This document shows, one piece after another, positions 1-13,800 of a stretch of DNA of 64,000 bases (positions within the stretch are counted from its first letter, which is position 1; every line of letters begins with the position of its first letter). The DNA lies in NCBI GenBank assembly GCA_040954595.2, contig CM082579.2, forward strand, positions 15,662,550-15,726,549, in the 5' to 3' direction. Origin of the DNA: Balanoglossus misakiensis (taxonomy: Eukaryota; Animalia; Hemichordata). The notes under the pieces are model-generated. The model was not told the origin of the DNA and did no database searches. It saw only the letters and a program-made list of their open reading frames with translations. The translations under genes and the position numbers were made by a program.

Positions 1-2080
1 TTTTACTATGGTTTTTCGAAAATCCCATATGGCCGCCATAATCTTCGACCAATCACAATGATCTTCGCAAACTTGATAGACATCAATTAGGTGACCACAT
101 ACCCCAAACCGCGTGACTCGGTTATCACCGGTTCTGGAGAAGAAGATTTTTGAAATTTTGACCAGATTTCAGAAAAACAACTGTAGCAAAAAAACTGCAA
201 CATTGACAGCAAAATATCCAATTACAAAAATGATAGGTAGAAGGTAGTCTACCTGCATGCCAAATTTGAGGTCGATCTGACTTGTAGTTTCTGAGATCTG
301 AGATTTGAATTTTTTCAGATAATCCAATATGGCCGCCAGGTCACGTGACTAATTAAGTATTCACAAGTCACTGCACATCTACTCATTGACCTTGACCACT
401 GTAGCAAGTTTGAGAAGTGTACCTGCAGCGGTGTCTGAGATCTCGTTGGCCAAAGAATGGAACCAAGAATAAAGAAAGAAAGACAGATTAAAGCTGCAAG
501 CAGCATTGTCGGGCCCAAGCGCTGATCTTTAATTATATATGCACAGTATGAATGAGAAAAAACAGAATTTTCTATCGTATGTATTATCTGATGACATAAC
601 AAGGATGTGTGTAGTTTTGCTGCTGAAATAGGGTGAAGTAGGTCAAAGGTCACCAGAGGTCACGCAACATTTGGGCAAAAAATGTTGATCCCATACTGGT
701 CCATGTCCAACAAAAAACAAAACTCTAGCTCTATTGGTTCACCTGTAATTAGGTATGTGCATATTTAATGAGGTCAGCAGGTGTCACAGGTGACCCAAAA
801 ATGTGGCTTTAAATTATGGTTCCATCCTACCAAATGCCATGGCTGTATCTGCACTGGATGCTGAGATATGCGAAAGTAGGTCAAAGGTCACCAGAGGTCA
901 CCCAACATTTGGGCAAAAAATTTTGATCCCATACTGGTCCATGTCCAACAAAAACCAAACCTCTAGCTCTATTGGTTCGCCTGTAATTAGCTATGCACAT
1001 AATTAATGAGGTCAGCAGAGGTCAAAGGGGTCATGAAAAGTAGCAAAATATTTTGATCACACACTAATCCACATGCATCAAAAACCAAACGTCTAGCCCT
1101 ATAGGTTAGCCTGGAATTAGATATGCAGAAATAATAATGTGTGAAAAGTAGGTCAAAGGTCATGTGAAAAATCGCCAAAAATTTGTAACATATTGTAGTC
1201 ATATGACGAATGATATCCATTAAAAGAATTTGTATGCTATCAATTTTTATACTAGAAAAAGGAATTTTAATTTTTCACTGCTTTTTACAAAATCCAATAT
1301 GGCCCCCATAATCTTCGACCAATCACAATGCTCTTTGCAAACTTGATAGACATCTGTGTAGTGACCATACTCCCCGAATCTTGCGACTCAGTCATCGCCC
1401 GTTCTGGAGAAGAAGATTTTTGGAGTTTAACTATGGTTTTTCGAAAATCCAATATGGCCGCCATAATCTTCGACCAATCACAATGATCTTCGCAAACTTG
1501 ATAGACATCAGTTAGGTGACCACATACCCCAAACCTTGTGTCTCGCTTATCACTGGTTCTGGAGAAGAAGATTTTTGAAATTTAAGCTAGATTTCAGAAA
1601 AAAAATTGTAGCAAAAAAACTGCAACATTGACAGCAAAATTTCCAATTACAAAAATGATGGGTAGAGGGTAGTCTACCGGCATGCCAAATTTGAAGTCGA
1701 TCTGACTTGTAGTTTCTGAGATCTGAGATTTGATTTTTTTCAGAAAATCCAATATGGCCGCCAGGTCACGTGACTAATTAAGTATTCACAAGTCACTGCA
1801 CATCTACTCATTGACCTTGACCACTGTAGCAAGTTTGAGAAGTGTACCTGCAGCGGTGTCTGAGATCTAGAGCGACAAAGAAATGACACAAGAATAAAGA
1901 AAGAAAGAAAGCCGGAAAGAAAAATTCCAACGAAACCAATAGGGCCCAAGCGCTTGCGTGCGCTTGGGCCCTAAAAAACCCAGACGAAACCAATAGGGCC
2001 CAAGCGCTTGCTTGCGCTTGGGCCCTAAAAATTCCAACGAAACCAATAGGGCCCAAGCGCTTGCTTGCGCTTGGGCCCTA
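1..2080 (-). mobile_element. Nested cluster 1 of non-autonomous Helentron-like elements (HINE, type A termini); three stacked 5' ends, two elements start before the window
   Basis: Three hairpin termini TAGGGCCCAAGCGC-n6-GCGCTTGGGCCCTA ending at 1973, 2027 and 2080, preceded by an AAGA microsatellite. One opposite end ATTAAAGCTGCAAGCAGC..GGGCCCAAGCGC at 487. Internal tandem repeats containing AGGTCAAAGGTCA and AATCCAATATGGCCGCC. Confidence 0.75.
487..1973 (-). mobile_element. Complete innermost HINE-like element, type A (~1.49 kb)
   Basis: Short hairpin GCTGC-AA-GCAGC plus subTIR GGGCCCAAGCGC at one end; microsatellite plus subTIR/IR hairpin at the other; no TSD. Confidence 0.75.
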
Positions 2081-4757
2081 ATAAATTCTTTTCTTAGTTT
2101 CAAACGGGTAGAGATACTTTCCACACGGGTTTTCTAACATTGAATTCCCGTTCATCAACTCAGATTTCCTACAGCATAAGTCGGCTAAAACCCTGACACT
2201 CTAGAGCAGAAACAGTTGCACACTGGTAACGTTGAACAAGTCGATTTTTCTACGGCCTGGCTCGGCTAAATCTCCGTCAAAATATGACAGACACTAGCGT
2301 ACGTTAGCAACGGTGATCAAGTCAGATTTTCTACGGCATGGCTTGGATAAAGCCCCGGCACTCTAGAGCAGAAACACGCGTACAGAGACCACGTTGATCA
2401 AGTCTGAACTCCTACGGCTTGGCTCGACTAAAACCCCGGCACACTATGACAGACACTAGCGTTCGTTAGCAACGTTGATCAAGTCAGATTTCCTACGGCA
2501 TGGCTTGGCTAAAGCCCTGGCACTCTAGAGCAGAAACACGCGTACAGAGACCACGTTGATCTACTCACATTTCCTTCGGCCTGGCACGGCTGATGCCCCG
2601 GCACTATATATAGGACACAGACTGGCGTAAGTTAACAACGGTAATCACGTCGGGTTTCCTACGGCCTGGCTCAGCTGAAGCCCTGGCACTCTAGAGCAGA
2701 AACATGCGTACATTGACCACGTTGATCAAGTCAGATTTCCTACGGCGTGACTCGGCTGGTGCACCGGCTCTATATGACACAGACTGGCGTAAGTTATCAA
2801 CGGTGATTACGTCGGATTTCCTACGGCCTGGTTTAGCTGAAGCCCCGGCACTTTAGAGCGGAAACACGCGTACATTGACCACGATGATCAAGTCAGGTCT
2901 CCTACGGCCTGGCTCGACTAAAACCCCGGCACACCATGACAGACACTAGCGTTCGTTAGCAACGGTGATCAAGTCGGATTTCCTTCGGCCTGGCTCTGCA
3001 AAAGACCCGACACTCTAGTACAAAGACGTTGGCTAAGTCGGGCAAAACGAAGAGGGAAAGTCACAGCGGGTCAACACTCGACATTTGTTCGGGTAGGACT
3101 GCATTATTGCCTGTCAATTTATAGAGAGAGCCCGAATTTAACCAGGGCGTTTCGAACACCGACGTTAGTTGGGGGCACGGCCTGCAGTACTGCCGGGTAA
3201 GCTGACATCGGCGTACCGCATATAATGTAGGGGGGGGGGGGACAGAACGGTTCAATACTACATTTATTAGATATCAGCTAATTTTGGACAATCATCTAAA
3301 ATCTAAATCATTTTTTCATATTTGGATATCTGATGATGTATGAAATTTCCATTATATGTAAAAATGGTGCTGATTATAAAAAATGCACTCTGAATGAGCT
3401 GATTTAATACAAAATTGCGTTTTATTCGTTTTTGCACCAAAAAGGTCATTTTTAGGCAAAACATTCTTTATTTTTTTAATTCGGTGACCTGATCATATAT
3501 AAACAATTGCTTGTATGTTAAAAGTTTTTATGACTTTTAAAAGCAGTGACACTGGCGGCATTCAACACGAAAATAACAATTTTAGCCACAATTTGGTCTA
3601 AATGGTAAATTTTTGAAAATTACAAAAATACCTGTTTTCTACATTTTTGGAAATCTGATGGAGTATAGAATGCTCTTCGTATATATATATCGATACAAAT
3701 TCCACAAAAAAACGGCCAATTTGGCTCACTGCAGACAAAATTGCGTTTTACCAAATTTTCCTTCAAAATGTCATTTTTAGAAAAAAAAATAAAAAAACCT
3801 TTGTTTTTCGAATTTGGTGCCCTGATCATATATGACATGTTGATTATATGTTAAAACTTTCGACCACTCCAAAAATGCAGAGATATTGACGGAATTCAAG
3901 AAAAAATAGCCATTTTGGCCATATTTTGACAAAAATGGTAAATTTTTAAAAAATCATAAAAAATTAACTCTTTTCTTCATTTTCGGAAATATTATGGATA
4001 ATGAAGTGTCGTTCTCTTTTGAAAAGTGCTGCAAATTCCAGAAAACGCGGTATAAATTGAATCACCCAAGACAAAATTACCATTTTCGACTTTTTTTCGA
4101 AAAATTGTCTTTTTTACAAAATAAATAAGAATAAATTCTTTTCTTAGTTTCAAACGGGTAGAGATACTTTCTACACGGGTTTTCTTACATTGAATTCCCG
4201 TTCATCAACTCAGATTTCCTACAACATAAGTCGGCTAAAACCCCGGCACTCTAGAGCAGAAACACGCGTACAGAGATCACGTTGATCAAGTCTGATCTCC
4301 TACGGCTTGGCTCGACTAAAACCCCGGCACACTATGACAGACACTAGCGTTCGTTAGCAACGTTGATCAAGTCAGATTTCCTACGGCATGGCTTGGCTAA
4401 AGCCCTGGCACTCTAGAGCAGAAACACGCGTACAGAGACCACGTTGATCTACTCACATTTCCTTCGGCCTGGCACGGCTGATGCCCCGGCACTATATATA
4501 GGACACAGACTGGCGTAAGTTAACAACGGTAATCACGTCGGGTTTCCTACGGCCTGGCTCAGCTGAAGCCCCGGCACTCTAGAGCAGAAACAGGCGTACA
4601 TTGACCACGTTGATCAAGTCAGATTTCCTACGGCGTGACTCGGCTGGTGCACCGGCTCTATATGACACAGACTGGCGTAAGTTATCAACGGTGATTACGT
4701 CGGATTTCCTACGGCCTGGTTTAGCTGAAGCCCCGGCACTTTAGAGCGAGACGTTCT

Positions 4758-5489
4758 TTGCCGAGTAGGATGCTGTCAGACAACGCATCGACTTATTTAT
4801 CGGCTGCCAATGAAATCAAAACACTGTTTGATACGCCAGAAGTAAATGACTTTCTCGCCGCACATCGTGTACAATGGACGTTTATACCGAAGCGCGCGCC
4901 CTGGTTTGGTGGCTTCTGGGAGAGGCTGATTGCTTTGACAAAGAACGCTATTAGGAAAACTGTCGGTCGAGCTTACCTAACCTTTGATGAACTCGCAACA
5001 GTTGTGACTGAAATTGAAGCCGTTTTAAACGACAGGCCGTTAACGTACGTGTCATCCAGTATAAACGACAACATTGGATTGACCCCAAATCACTTGCTAC
5101 ATGGCAGGACACTGACATCATTGCCGTACATCGAGATCACCGACGAAGAGGTGATTGACCCATCTTACTGTGATAATCGTGAAATCAACAAAAGATATGA
5201 ACATCTATCAAGATTACACGATCAATTTTGGCGAAGATGGTCGTCCGATTATCTGACTGCCCTACGTGAACGACATCCCACCAAAGGAACTCGTGATAAT
5301 GTCATCAAGGTCGGAGATGTCGTGATAATACACAGTGACACTGACAAACGTCCGAAATGGCATTTAGGAACTGTAACAAGGTTGATCTTCGGTAATGATA
5401 AACTGGTACGATCTGCGGAGTTGAACACCGCAGGTGGTCCTACAAACCGACCTATCCATAAATTGTACCCATTGGAAGTTGTCTCCTAG
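4758..5489 (+). pseudogene. BEL/Pao integrase core and DUF5641-like C-terminal fragment
   Basis: Motifs SDNASTY, WTFIPKRAPWFGGFWERL, EIEAVLNDRPL, FWRRWSSDYL, RPIHKLYPLE; N-terminus missing. Confidence 0.92.
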
Positions 5490-5846
5490 GAGCTGTCAAC
5501 TGTGTCTGGAGATAATACAGGTATTGGTGCAGATTCCAACACGAATACTGAAACAGTCGACACAGCTGGAGCCTCTGAAGATTCCTCGGTGAAGGCGGAT
5601 GTTGTACCCCCGAGACGACCTGTCAAGACTCTGCAGTTGCCGCTCGAGTACGAATAGCGGATCTCTCTATTTGACTTTGAAATTGGAAAACAATTTCGAT
5701 CGCATTGTGACTGTTATTATGTTTACTGACACAATGAACATTAGTTTATTATCCTTGAACACTTTAGGTGACTTTAATCATATTTCATGTTATTTGATGT
5801 TTTTTTTTCTGACGATTTTCGAGACTTTCCTTTGCGCGGGGGAGAA

Positions 5847-6182
5847 TATGGAGAAGTGAGAGATTTACTCCAGAGAGATCACGTGACGGAAACTCTTACC
5901 CTATCAGAGTTGACTTTGTTTCCCGCCAAACTTTATACTTGTAGCAGATTTATTGTAATTTTTGAGTGTTTGCTCCGGCGTTCGTGGGACTTATATATAA
6001 CCCAGTTTTGGCGCTTTCGGGCAGCATTTTCTAAGGAGCTCTGTGGTGTTACTTTGTTGTTGGATTCAGATGGTAATAAACCAGTGTTTTACCTAGCACT
6101 GAATCGTTCGCTTCTTTTCCGACGTCAGTATACTCGAACCCCCTCCCGGGAGTATTGATCACTGCCACGATACTTCCCCACA
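5847..6182 (+). repeat. 3' LTR of BEL/Pao element (~336 bp)
   Basis: Directly after the PPT; ends TATGGAGAAGT...ACTTCCCCACA; TATATAA at ~5994 and AATAAA at ~6075. Confidence 0.8.
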
Positions 6183-9100
6183 ATTTGGTCAAAATTGTAA
6201 ATTTTTGAAAATTACAAAAAATACCTGTTTCCTACATTTTCGGAAATCTGATGGAGTATAGAATGCTCTTCGTATGTATATATCGATACAAATTCCACAA
6301 AAGACCGTCTAATTTGGCTCACTGCAGACAAAATTGCGTTTTACCAAATTTTCCTTGAAAATGTCATTTTTAGAAGAAAAAAAATAAAAAAACCTTTGTT
6401 CTTCGAATTTGGTGCCCTGATCATATATGACATGTTGATTGTATGTTAAAATTTTCGACCACTCCAAAAATGCAGATATATTGACGGAATTCAAGAAAAA
6501 ATAGCCATTTTGGCCATATTTTGACAAAAATGGTAAATTTTTAAAAAATCATAAAAAAATAACTCTTCTTCATTTTCCGAAATATTATGGAGCATGAAGT
6601 GTCGTTCTCTTGTAAGAAGTGCAGCAAATTCCAGAAAAGGCGGTATAATTAATCACCCAAGATAAAATTACCATTTTCGACTTTTTTTCGAAAAATTGTC
6701 TTTTTTACAAAATAAATAAGAATAAATTCTTTTCTTAGTTTGAAACGGGTAGAGATACTTTCCACACGGGTTTTCTAACATTGAAATCCCGTTCATCAAC
6801 TCAGATTTCCTACAGCATAAGTCGGCTAAAACCCTGACACTGTAGAGCAGAAACAGTTGCACACTGGTAACGTTGAACAAGTCGATTTTTCTACGGCCTG
6901 GCTCCGCTAAATGTCCGTCACAATATGACAGACACTAGCGTACGTTAGCAACGGTGATCAAGTCAGATTTTCTACGGCATGGCTTGGATAAAGCCCCGGC
7001 ACTCTAGAGCAGAAAAACGCGTACAGAGACCACGTTGATCAAGTCTGATCTCCTACGGCTTGGCTCGACTGAAACCCCGGCACACTATGACAGACACTAG
7101 CGTTCGTTAGCAACGTTGATTAAGTCAGATTTCCTACGGCATGGCTTGGCCCTGGCACTCTAGAGCAGAAACACGCGTACAGAGACCACGTTGATCTACT
7201 CACATTTCCTTCGGCCTGGCACGGCTTATGCCCCGGCACTATATATAGGACACAGACTGGCGTAAGTTAACAACGGTAATCACGTCGGGTTTCCTACGGC
7301 CTGGCTCAGCTGAAGCCCCGGCACTCTAGAGCAGAAACAGGCGTACATTGACCACGTTGATCAAGTCAGATTTCCTACGGCGTGACTCGGCTGGTGCACC
7401 GGCTCTATATGACACAGACTGGCGTAAGTTATCAATGGTGATTACGTTGGATTTCCTACGGCCTGGTTTAGCTGAAGCCCCGGCACTTTAGAGCGGAAAC
7501 ACGCGTACATTGACCACGATGATCAAGTCAGATCTCCTACGGCCTGGCTCGACTAAAACCCCGGCACACCATGACAGACACTAGCGTTCGTTAGCAACGG
7601 TGATCAAGTCGGATTTCCTTCGGCCTGGCTCTGCAAAAGACCCGACACTCTAGTACAAAGACGTTGGCTAAGTCGGGCAAACCGAAGAGGGAAAGTCACA
7701 GCGGGTCAACACTTGACATTTGTTCGGGTAGGACTGCATTATTGCCTGTCAATTTATAGAGAAAGCCCGAATTTAACCAGGGCGCTTCAAACACCGACGT
7801 TAGTTTGGGGCACGGCCTGCAGTACTGCCGGGTAAGCTCACATCGGCGTACCGCATATAATGTAGGGGGGGGGAACAGAACAGTTCAATACTAAATTTAT
7901 TAGATATCACCTAATTTTGGACAATCATCTAAAATCTAAATCATTTTTTCATATTTGGATATCTGATGATGTATGAAATTTCCATTATTTGTAAACATGG
8001 TGCTGATTATAAAAAATGCACTCTGAATGAGCTGATTTAATACAAAATTGCGTTTTATTCGTTTTTGCACCAAAAAGGTCATTTTTAGGCAAAACATTCT
8101 TTATTTTATTAATTCGGTGACCTGATCATATATAAACAATTGCTTGTATGTTAAAAGTTTTTATGACTTTTAAAAGCAATGACACTGGCGGCATTCAACA
8201 CGAAAATAACAATTTTAGCCACAATTTGGTCAAAATTGTAAATTTTTGAAAATTACAAAAAATACCTGTTTTCTACATTTTCGGAAATCTGATGGAGTAT
8301 AGAATGCTCTTCGTATGTATATATCGATACAAATTCCACAAAAGACCGTCTAATTTGGCTCACTGCAGACAAAATTGCGTTTTACCAAATTTTCCTTGAA
8401 AATGTCATTTTTAGAAAAAAAAAATAAAAAAACCTTTGTTCTTCGAATTTGGTGCCCTGATCATATATGGCATGTTGATTGTATGTTAAGACTTTCGACC
8501 ACTCCAAAAATGCAGAGATATTGTCGGAATTCAAGAAAAAATAGCCATTTTGGCCATATTTTGACAAAAATGGTAAATTTTTAAAAAATCATAAAAAATT
8601 AACTCTTTTCTTATTTTTTCGGAAATATTATGGAGCATGAAGTGTCGTTCTCTTGTAAAAAGTGCTGCAAATTCCAGAAAAGGCGGTATAATTTAAATCA
8701 CCCAAGACAAAATTACGACTTTTTTTCGAAAAATTGTCTTTTTTACAAAATAAATAAGAATAAATTCTTTTCTTAGTTTGAAACGGGTAGAGATACTTTC
8801 CACACGGGTTTTCTAACATTGAATTCCCGTTCATCAACTCAGATTTCCAACAGCATAAGTCGGCTAAAACCCTGACAATCTAGAGCAGAAACAGTTGCAC
8901 ACTGGTAACGTTGAACAAGTCGATTTTTCTACGGCCTGGCTCCGCTAAATGTCCGTCACAATATGACAGACACTAGCGTACGTTAGCAACGGTGATCAAG
9001 TCAGATTTTCTACGGCATGGCTTGGATAAAGCCCCGGCACTCTAGAGCAGAAAAACGCGTACAGAGACCACGTTGATCAAGTCTGATCTCCTACGGCTTG

Positions 9101-9377
9101 GCACGGCTGATGCCCCGGCACTATATATAGGACACAGACTGGCGTAAGTTAACAACGGTAATCACGTCGGGTTTCCTACGGCCTGGCTCAGCTGAAGCCC
9201 CGGCACTCTAGAGCAGAAACAGGCGTACATTGACCACGTTGATCAAGTCAGATTTCCTACGGCGTGACTCGGCTGGTGCACCGGCTCTATATGACACAGA
9301 CTGGCGTAAGTTATCAACGGTGATTACGTCGGATTTCCTACGGCCTGGTTTAGCTGAAGCCCCGGCACTTTAGAGCG

Positions 9378-10811
9378 AGACGTTCTTTGCCGAGTAGGAT
9401 GCTGTCAGACAACGCATCGACTTATTTATCGGCTGCCAATGAAATCAAAACACTGTTTGATACGCCAGAAGTAAATGACTTTCTCGCCGCACATCGTGTA
9501 CAATGGACGTTTATACCGAAGCGCGCGCCCTGGTTTGGTGGCTTCTGGGAGAGGCTGATTGCTTTGACAAAGAACGCTATTAGGAAAACTGTCGGTCGAG
9601 CTTACCTAACCTTTGATGAACTCGCAACAGTTGTGACTGAAATTGAAGCCGTTTTAAACGACAGGCCGTTAACGTACGTGTCATCCAGTATAAACGACAA
9701 CATTGGATTGACCCCAAATCACTTGCTACATGGCAGGACACTGACATCATTGCCGTACATCGAGATCACCGACGAAGAGGTGATTGACCCATCTTACTGT
9801 GATAATCGTGAAATCAACAAAAGATATGAACATCTATCAAGATTACACGATCAATTTTGGCGAAGATGGTCGTCCGATTATCTGACTGCCCTACGTGAAC
9901 GACATCCCACCAAAGGAACTCGTGATAATGTCATCAAGGTCGGAGATGTCGTGATAATACACAGTGACACTGACAAACGTCCGAAATGGCATTTAGGAAC
10001 TGTAACAAGGTTGGTCTTCGGTAATGATAAACTGGTACGATCTGCGGAGTTGAACACCGCAGGTGGTCCTACAAACCGACCTATCCATAAATTGTACCCA
10101 TTGGAAGTTGTCTCCTAGGAGCTGTCAACTGTGTCTGGAGATAATACAGGTATTGGTGCAGATTCCAACACGAATACTGAAACAGTCGACACAGCTGGAG
10201 CCTCTGAAGATTCCTCGGTGAAGGCGGATGTTGTACCCCCGAGACGACCTGTCAAGACTCTGCAGTTGCCGCTCGAGTACGAATAGCGGATCTCTCTATT
10301 TGACTTTGAAATTGGAAAACAATTTCGATCGCATTGTGACTGTTATTATGTTTACTGACACAATGAACATTAGTTTATTATCCTTGAACACTTTAGGTGA
10401 CTTTAATCATATTTCATGTTATTTGATGTTTTTTTTTCTGACGATTTTCGAGACTTTCCTTTGCGCGGGGGAGAATATGGAGAAGTGAGAGATTTACTCC
10501 AGAGAGATCACGCGACGGAAACTCTTACCCTATCAGAGTTGACTTTGTTTCCCGCCAAACTTTATACTTGTAGCAGATTTATTGTAATTTTTGAGTGTTT
10601 GCTCCGGCGTTCGTGGGACTTATATATAACCCAGTTTTGGCGCTTTCGGGCAGCATTTTCTAAGGAGCTCTGTGGTGTTACTTTGTTGTTGGATTCAGAT
10701 GGTAATAAACCAGTGTTTTACCTAGCACTGAATCGTTCGCTTCTTTTCCGACGTAGGTATACTCGAACCCCCTCCCGGGAGTATTGATCACTGCCACGAT
10801 ACTTCCCCACA
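9378..10811 (+). mobile_element. 5'-truncated BEL/Pao LTR retrotransposon, copy 2
   Basis: Near-identical to 4749-6182 with the same junctions; LTR at 10476-10811. Confidence 0.9.
9387..10118 (+). pseudogene. BEL/Pao integrase C-terminal fragment (duplicate)
   Basis: 243 aa, one substitution (I>V) relative to 4758-5489. Confidence 0.92.
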
Positions 10812-13800
10812 ATTTGGTCAAAATTGTAAATTTTTGAAAATTACAAAAAATACCTGTTTCCTACATTTTCGGAAATCTGATGGAGTATAGAATGCTCTTC
10901 GTATGTATATATCGATACAAATTCCACAAAAGACCGTCTAATTTGGCTCACTGCAGACAAAATTGCGTTTTACCAAATTTTCCTTGAAAATGTCATTTTT
11001 AGAAGAAAAAAAATAAAAAAACCTTTGTTCTTCGAATTTGGTGCCCTGATCATATATGACATGTTGATTGTATGTTAAAATTTTCGACCACTCCAAAAAT
11101 GCAGATATATTGACGGAATTCAAGAAAAAATAGCCATTTTGGCCATATTTTGACAAAAATGGTAAATTTTTAAAAAATCATAAAAAAATAACTCTTCTTC
11201 ATTTTCCGAAATATTATGGAGCATGAAGTGTCGTTCTCTTGTAAGAAGTGCAGCAAATTCCAGAAAAGGCGGTATAATTAATCACCCAAGATAAAATTAC
11301 CATTTTCGACTTTTTTTCGAAAAATTGTCTTTTTTACAAAATAAATAAGAATAAATTCTTTTCTTAGTTTGAAACGGGTAGAGATACTTTCCACACGGGT
11401 TTTCTAACATTGAAATCCCGTTCATCAACTCAGATTTCCTACAGCATAAGTCGGCTAAAACCCTGACACTGTAGAGCAGAAACAGTTGCACACTGGTAAC
11501 GTTGAACAAGTCGATTTTTCTACGGCCTGGCTCCGCTAAATGTCCGTCACAATATGACAGACACTAGCGTACGTTAGCAACGGTGATCAAGTCAGATTTT
11601 CTACGGCATGGCTTGGATAAAGCCCCGGCACTCTAGAGCAGAAAAACGCGTACAGAGACCACGTTGATCAAGTCTGATCTCCTACGGCTTGGCTCGACTG
11701 AAACCCCGGCACACTATGACAGACACTAGCGTTCGTTAGCAACGTTGATTAAGTCAGATTTCCTACGGCATGGCTTGGCCCTGGCACTCTAGAGCAGAAA
11801 CACGCGTACAGAGACCACGTTGATCTACTCACATTTCCTTCGGCCTGGCACGGCTTATGCCCCGGCACTATATATAGGACACAGACTGGCGTAAGTTAAC
11901 AACGGTAATCACGTCGGGTTTCCTACGGCCTGGCTCAGCTGAAGCCCCGGCACTCTAGAGCAGAAACAGGCGTACATTGACCACGTTGATCAAGTCAGAT
12001 TTCCTACGGCGTGACTCGGCTGGTGCACCGGCTCTATATGACACAGACTGGCGTAAGTTATCAATGGTGATTACGTTGGATTTCCTACGGCCTGGTTTAG
12101 CTGAAGCCCCGGCACTTTAGAGCGGAAACACGCGTACATTGACCACGATGATCAAGTCAGATCTCCTACGGCCTGGCTCGACTAAAACCCCGGCACACCA
12201 TGACAGACACTAGCGTTCGTTAGCAACGGTGATCAAGTCGGATTTCCTTCGGCCTGGCTCTGCAAAAGACCCGACACTCTAGTACAAAGACGTTGGCTAA
12301 GTCGGGCAAACCGAAGAGGGAAAGTCACAGCGGGTCAACACTTGACATTTGTTCGGGTAGGACTGCATTATTGCCTGTCAATTTATAGAGAAAGCCCGAA
12401 TTTAACCAGGGCGCTTCAAACACCGACGTTAGTTTGGGGCACGGCCTGCAGTACTGCCGGGTAAGCTCACATCGGCGTACCGCATATAATGTAGGGGGGG
12501 GGAACAGAACAGTTCAATACTAAATTTATTAGATATCACCTAATTTTGGACAATCATCTAAAATCTAAATCATTTTTTCATATTTGGATATCTGATGATG
12601 TATGAAATTTCCATTATTTGTAAACATGGTGCTGATTATAAAAAATGCACTCTGAATGAGCTGATTTAATACAAAATTGCGTTTTATTCGTTTTTGCACC
12701 AAAAAGGTCATTTTTAGGCAAAACATTCTTTATTTTATTAATTCGGTGACCTGATCATATATAAACAATTGCTTGTATGTTAAAAGTTTTTATGACTTTT
12801 AAAAGCAATGACACTGGCGGCATTCAACACGAAAATAACAATTTTAGCCACAATTTGGTCAAAATTGTAAATTTTTGAAAATTACAAAAAATACCTGTTT
12901 TCTACATTTTCGGAAATCTGATGGAGTATAGAATGCTCTTCGTATGTATATATCGATACAAATTCCACAAAAGACCGTCTAATTTGGCTCACTGCAGACA
13001 AAATTGCGTTTTACCAAATTTTCCTTGAAAATGTCATTTTTAGAAAAAAAAAATAAAAAAACCTTTGTTCTTCGAATTTGGTGCCCTGATCATATATGGC
13101 ATGTTGATTGTATGTTAAGACTTTCGACCACTCCAAAAATGCAGAGATATTGTCGGAATTCAAGAAAAAATAGCCATTTTGGCCATATTTTGACAAAAAT
13201 GGTAAATTTTTAAAAAATCATAAAAAATTAACTCTTTTCTTATTTTTTCGGAAATATTATGGAGCATGAAGTGTCGTTCTCTTGTAAAAAGTGCTGCAAA
13301 TTCCAGAAAAGGCGGTATAATTTAAATCACCCAAGACAAAATTACGACTTTTTTTCGAAAAATTGTCTTTTTTACAAAATAAATAAGAATTAAAGCTGCA
13401 AGCAGCGTTGGCGGGGCACAAGCGGTTCCCATGGTGACCAGCAAATGCCACGGCTGTATCTGCTGGGGATACAAAGATATGGGAAAGTAGGTCAAAGGTC
13501 ACCTAAGGTCACCCTAAATTTGGGCAAAAAAATTGGACCCCATATAAGTCTAGGTCCAACAAAAACAAGACCCCTAGCTCTATTGGTTCGCCTAGAATTA
13601 GGTATGCGCATAATTAATGAGGTCTTGTGTAAGACTCCATATGTGCTCCATCTGCCCCCCAAAAGCCAGGACTCTAACTGCTGTGGATGCTGAGATATGG
13701 GAAAGTAGATCAAAGGTCATCCAAGGTCACCCAAAATTTGGGCATAAAATTTTGACCCCAGAGTGGCCCATGTCCAACTAAAACCAGACCTCTAGCCCTA

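Larger units (their letters stand above)
4749..6182 (+). mobile_element. 5'-truncated BEL/Pao LTR retrotransposon (integrase C-terminus plus 3' LTR), copy 1
   Basis: Integrase ORF, purine tract GCGCGGGGGAGAA, then an LTR with imperfect terminal inverted repeats; satellite on both sides. Confidence 0.9.

Noticed and set aside
1935-2080. GC-rich hairpins next to A/T runs as rho-independent terminators
   Set aside because: Eukaryotic DNA; the stems match subterminal repeats at the far ends of the elements, so they are transposon termini.
2160-3060. 81-bp repeats as a CRISPR array
   Set aside because: No unique spacers; whole units recur in every monomer; no cas genes; eukaryotic context.
2160-3060. 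5S rRNA-like words (CCTACGGCC, ACCACGTTGA-n8-GATCTC, GGCCTGGTTTAG) suggesting a 5S array targeted by Tx1
   Set aside because: The words are not collinear over 120 nt and I see no box C or terminator arrangement; an Rfam scan would settle it.
2160-3060. 81 bp = 27 codons, possible repeat protein
   Set aside because: Frequent stops and 83-bp units break the frame; no long ORF.
5599-6158. ORFs of 86 and 123 aa after the BEL integrase as env or accessory genes (also 10228-10787)
   Set aside because: They run across the 3' UTR, PPT and LTR and show no recognisable motifs.
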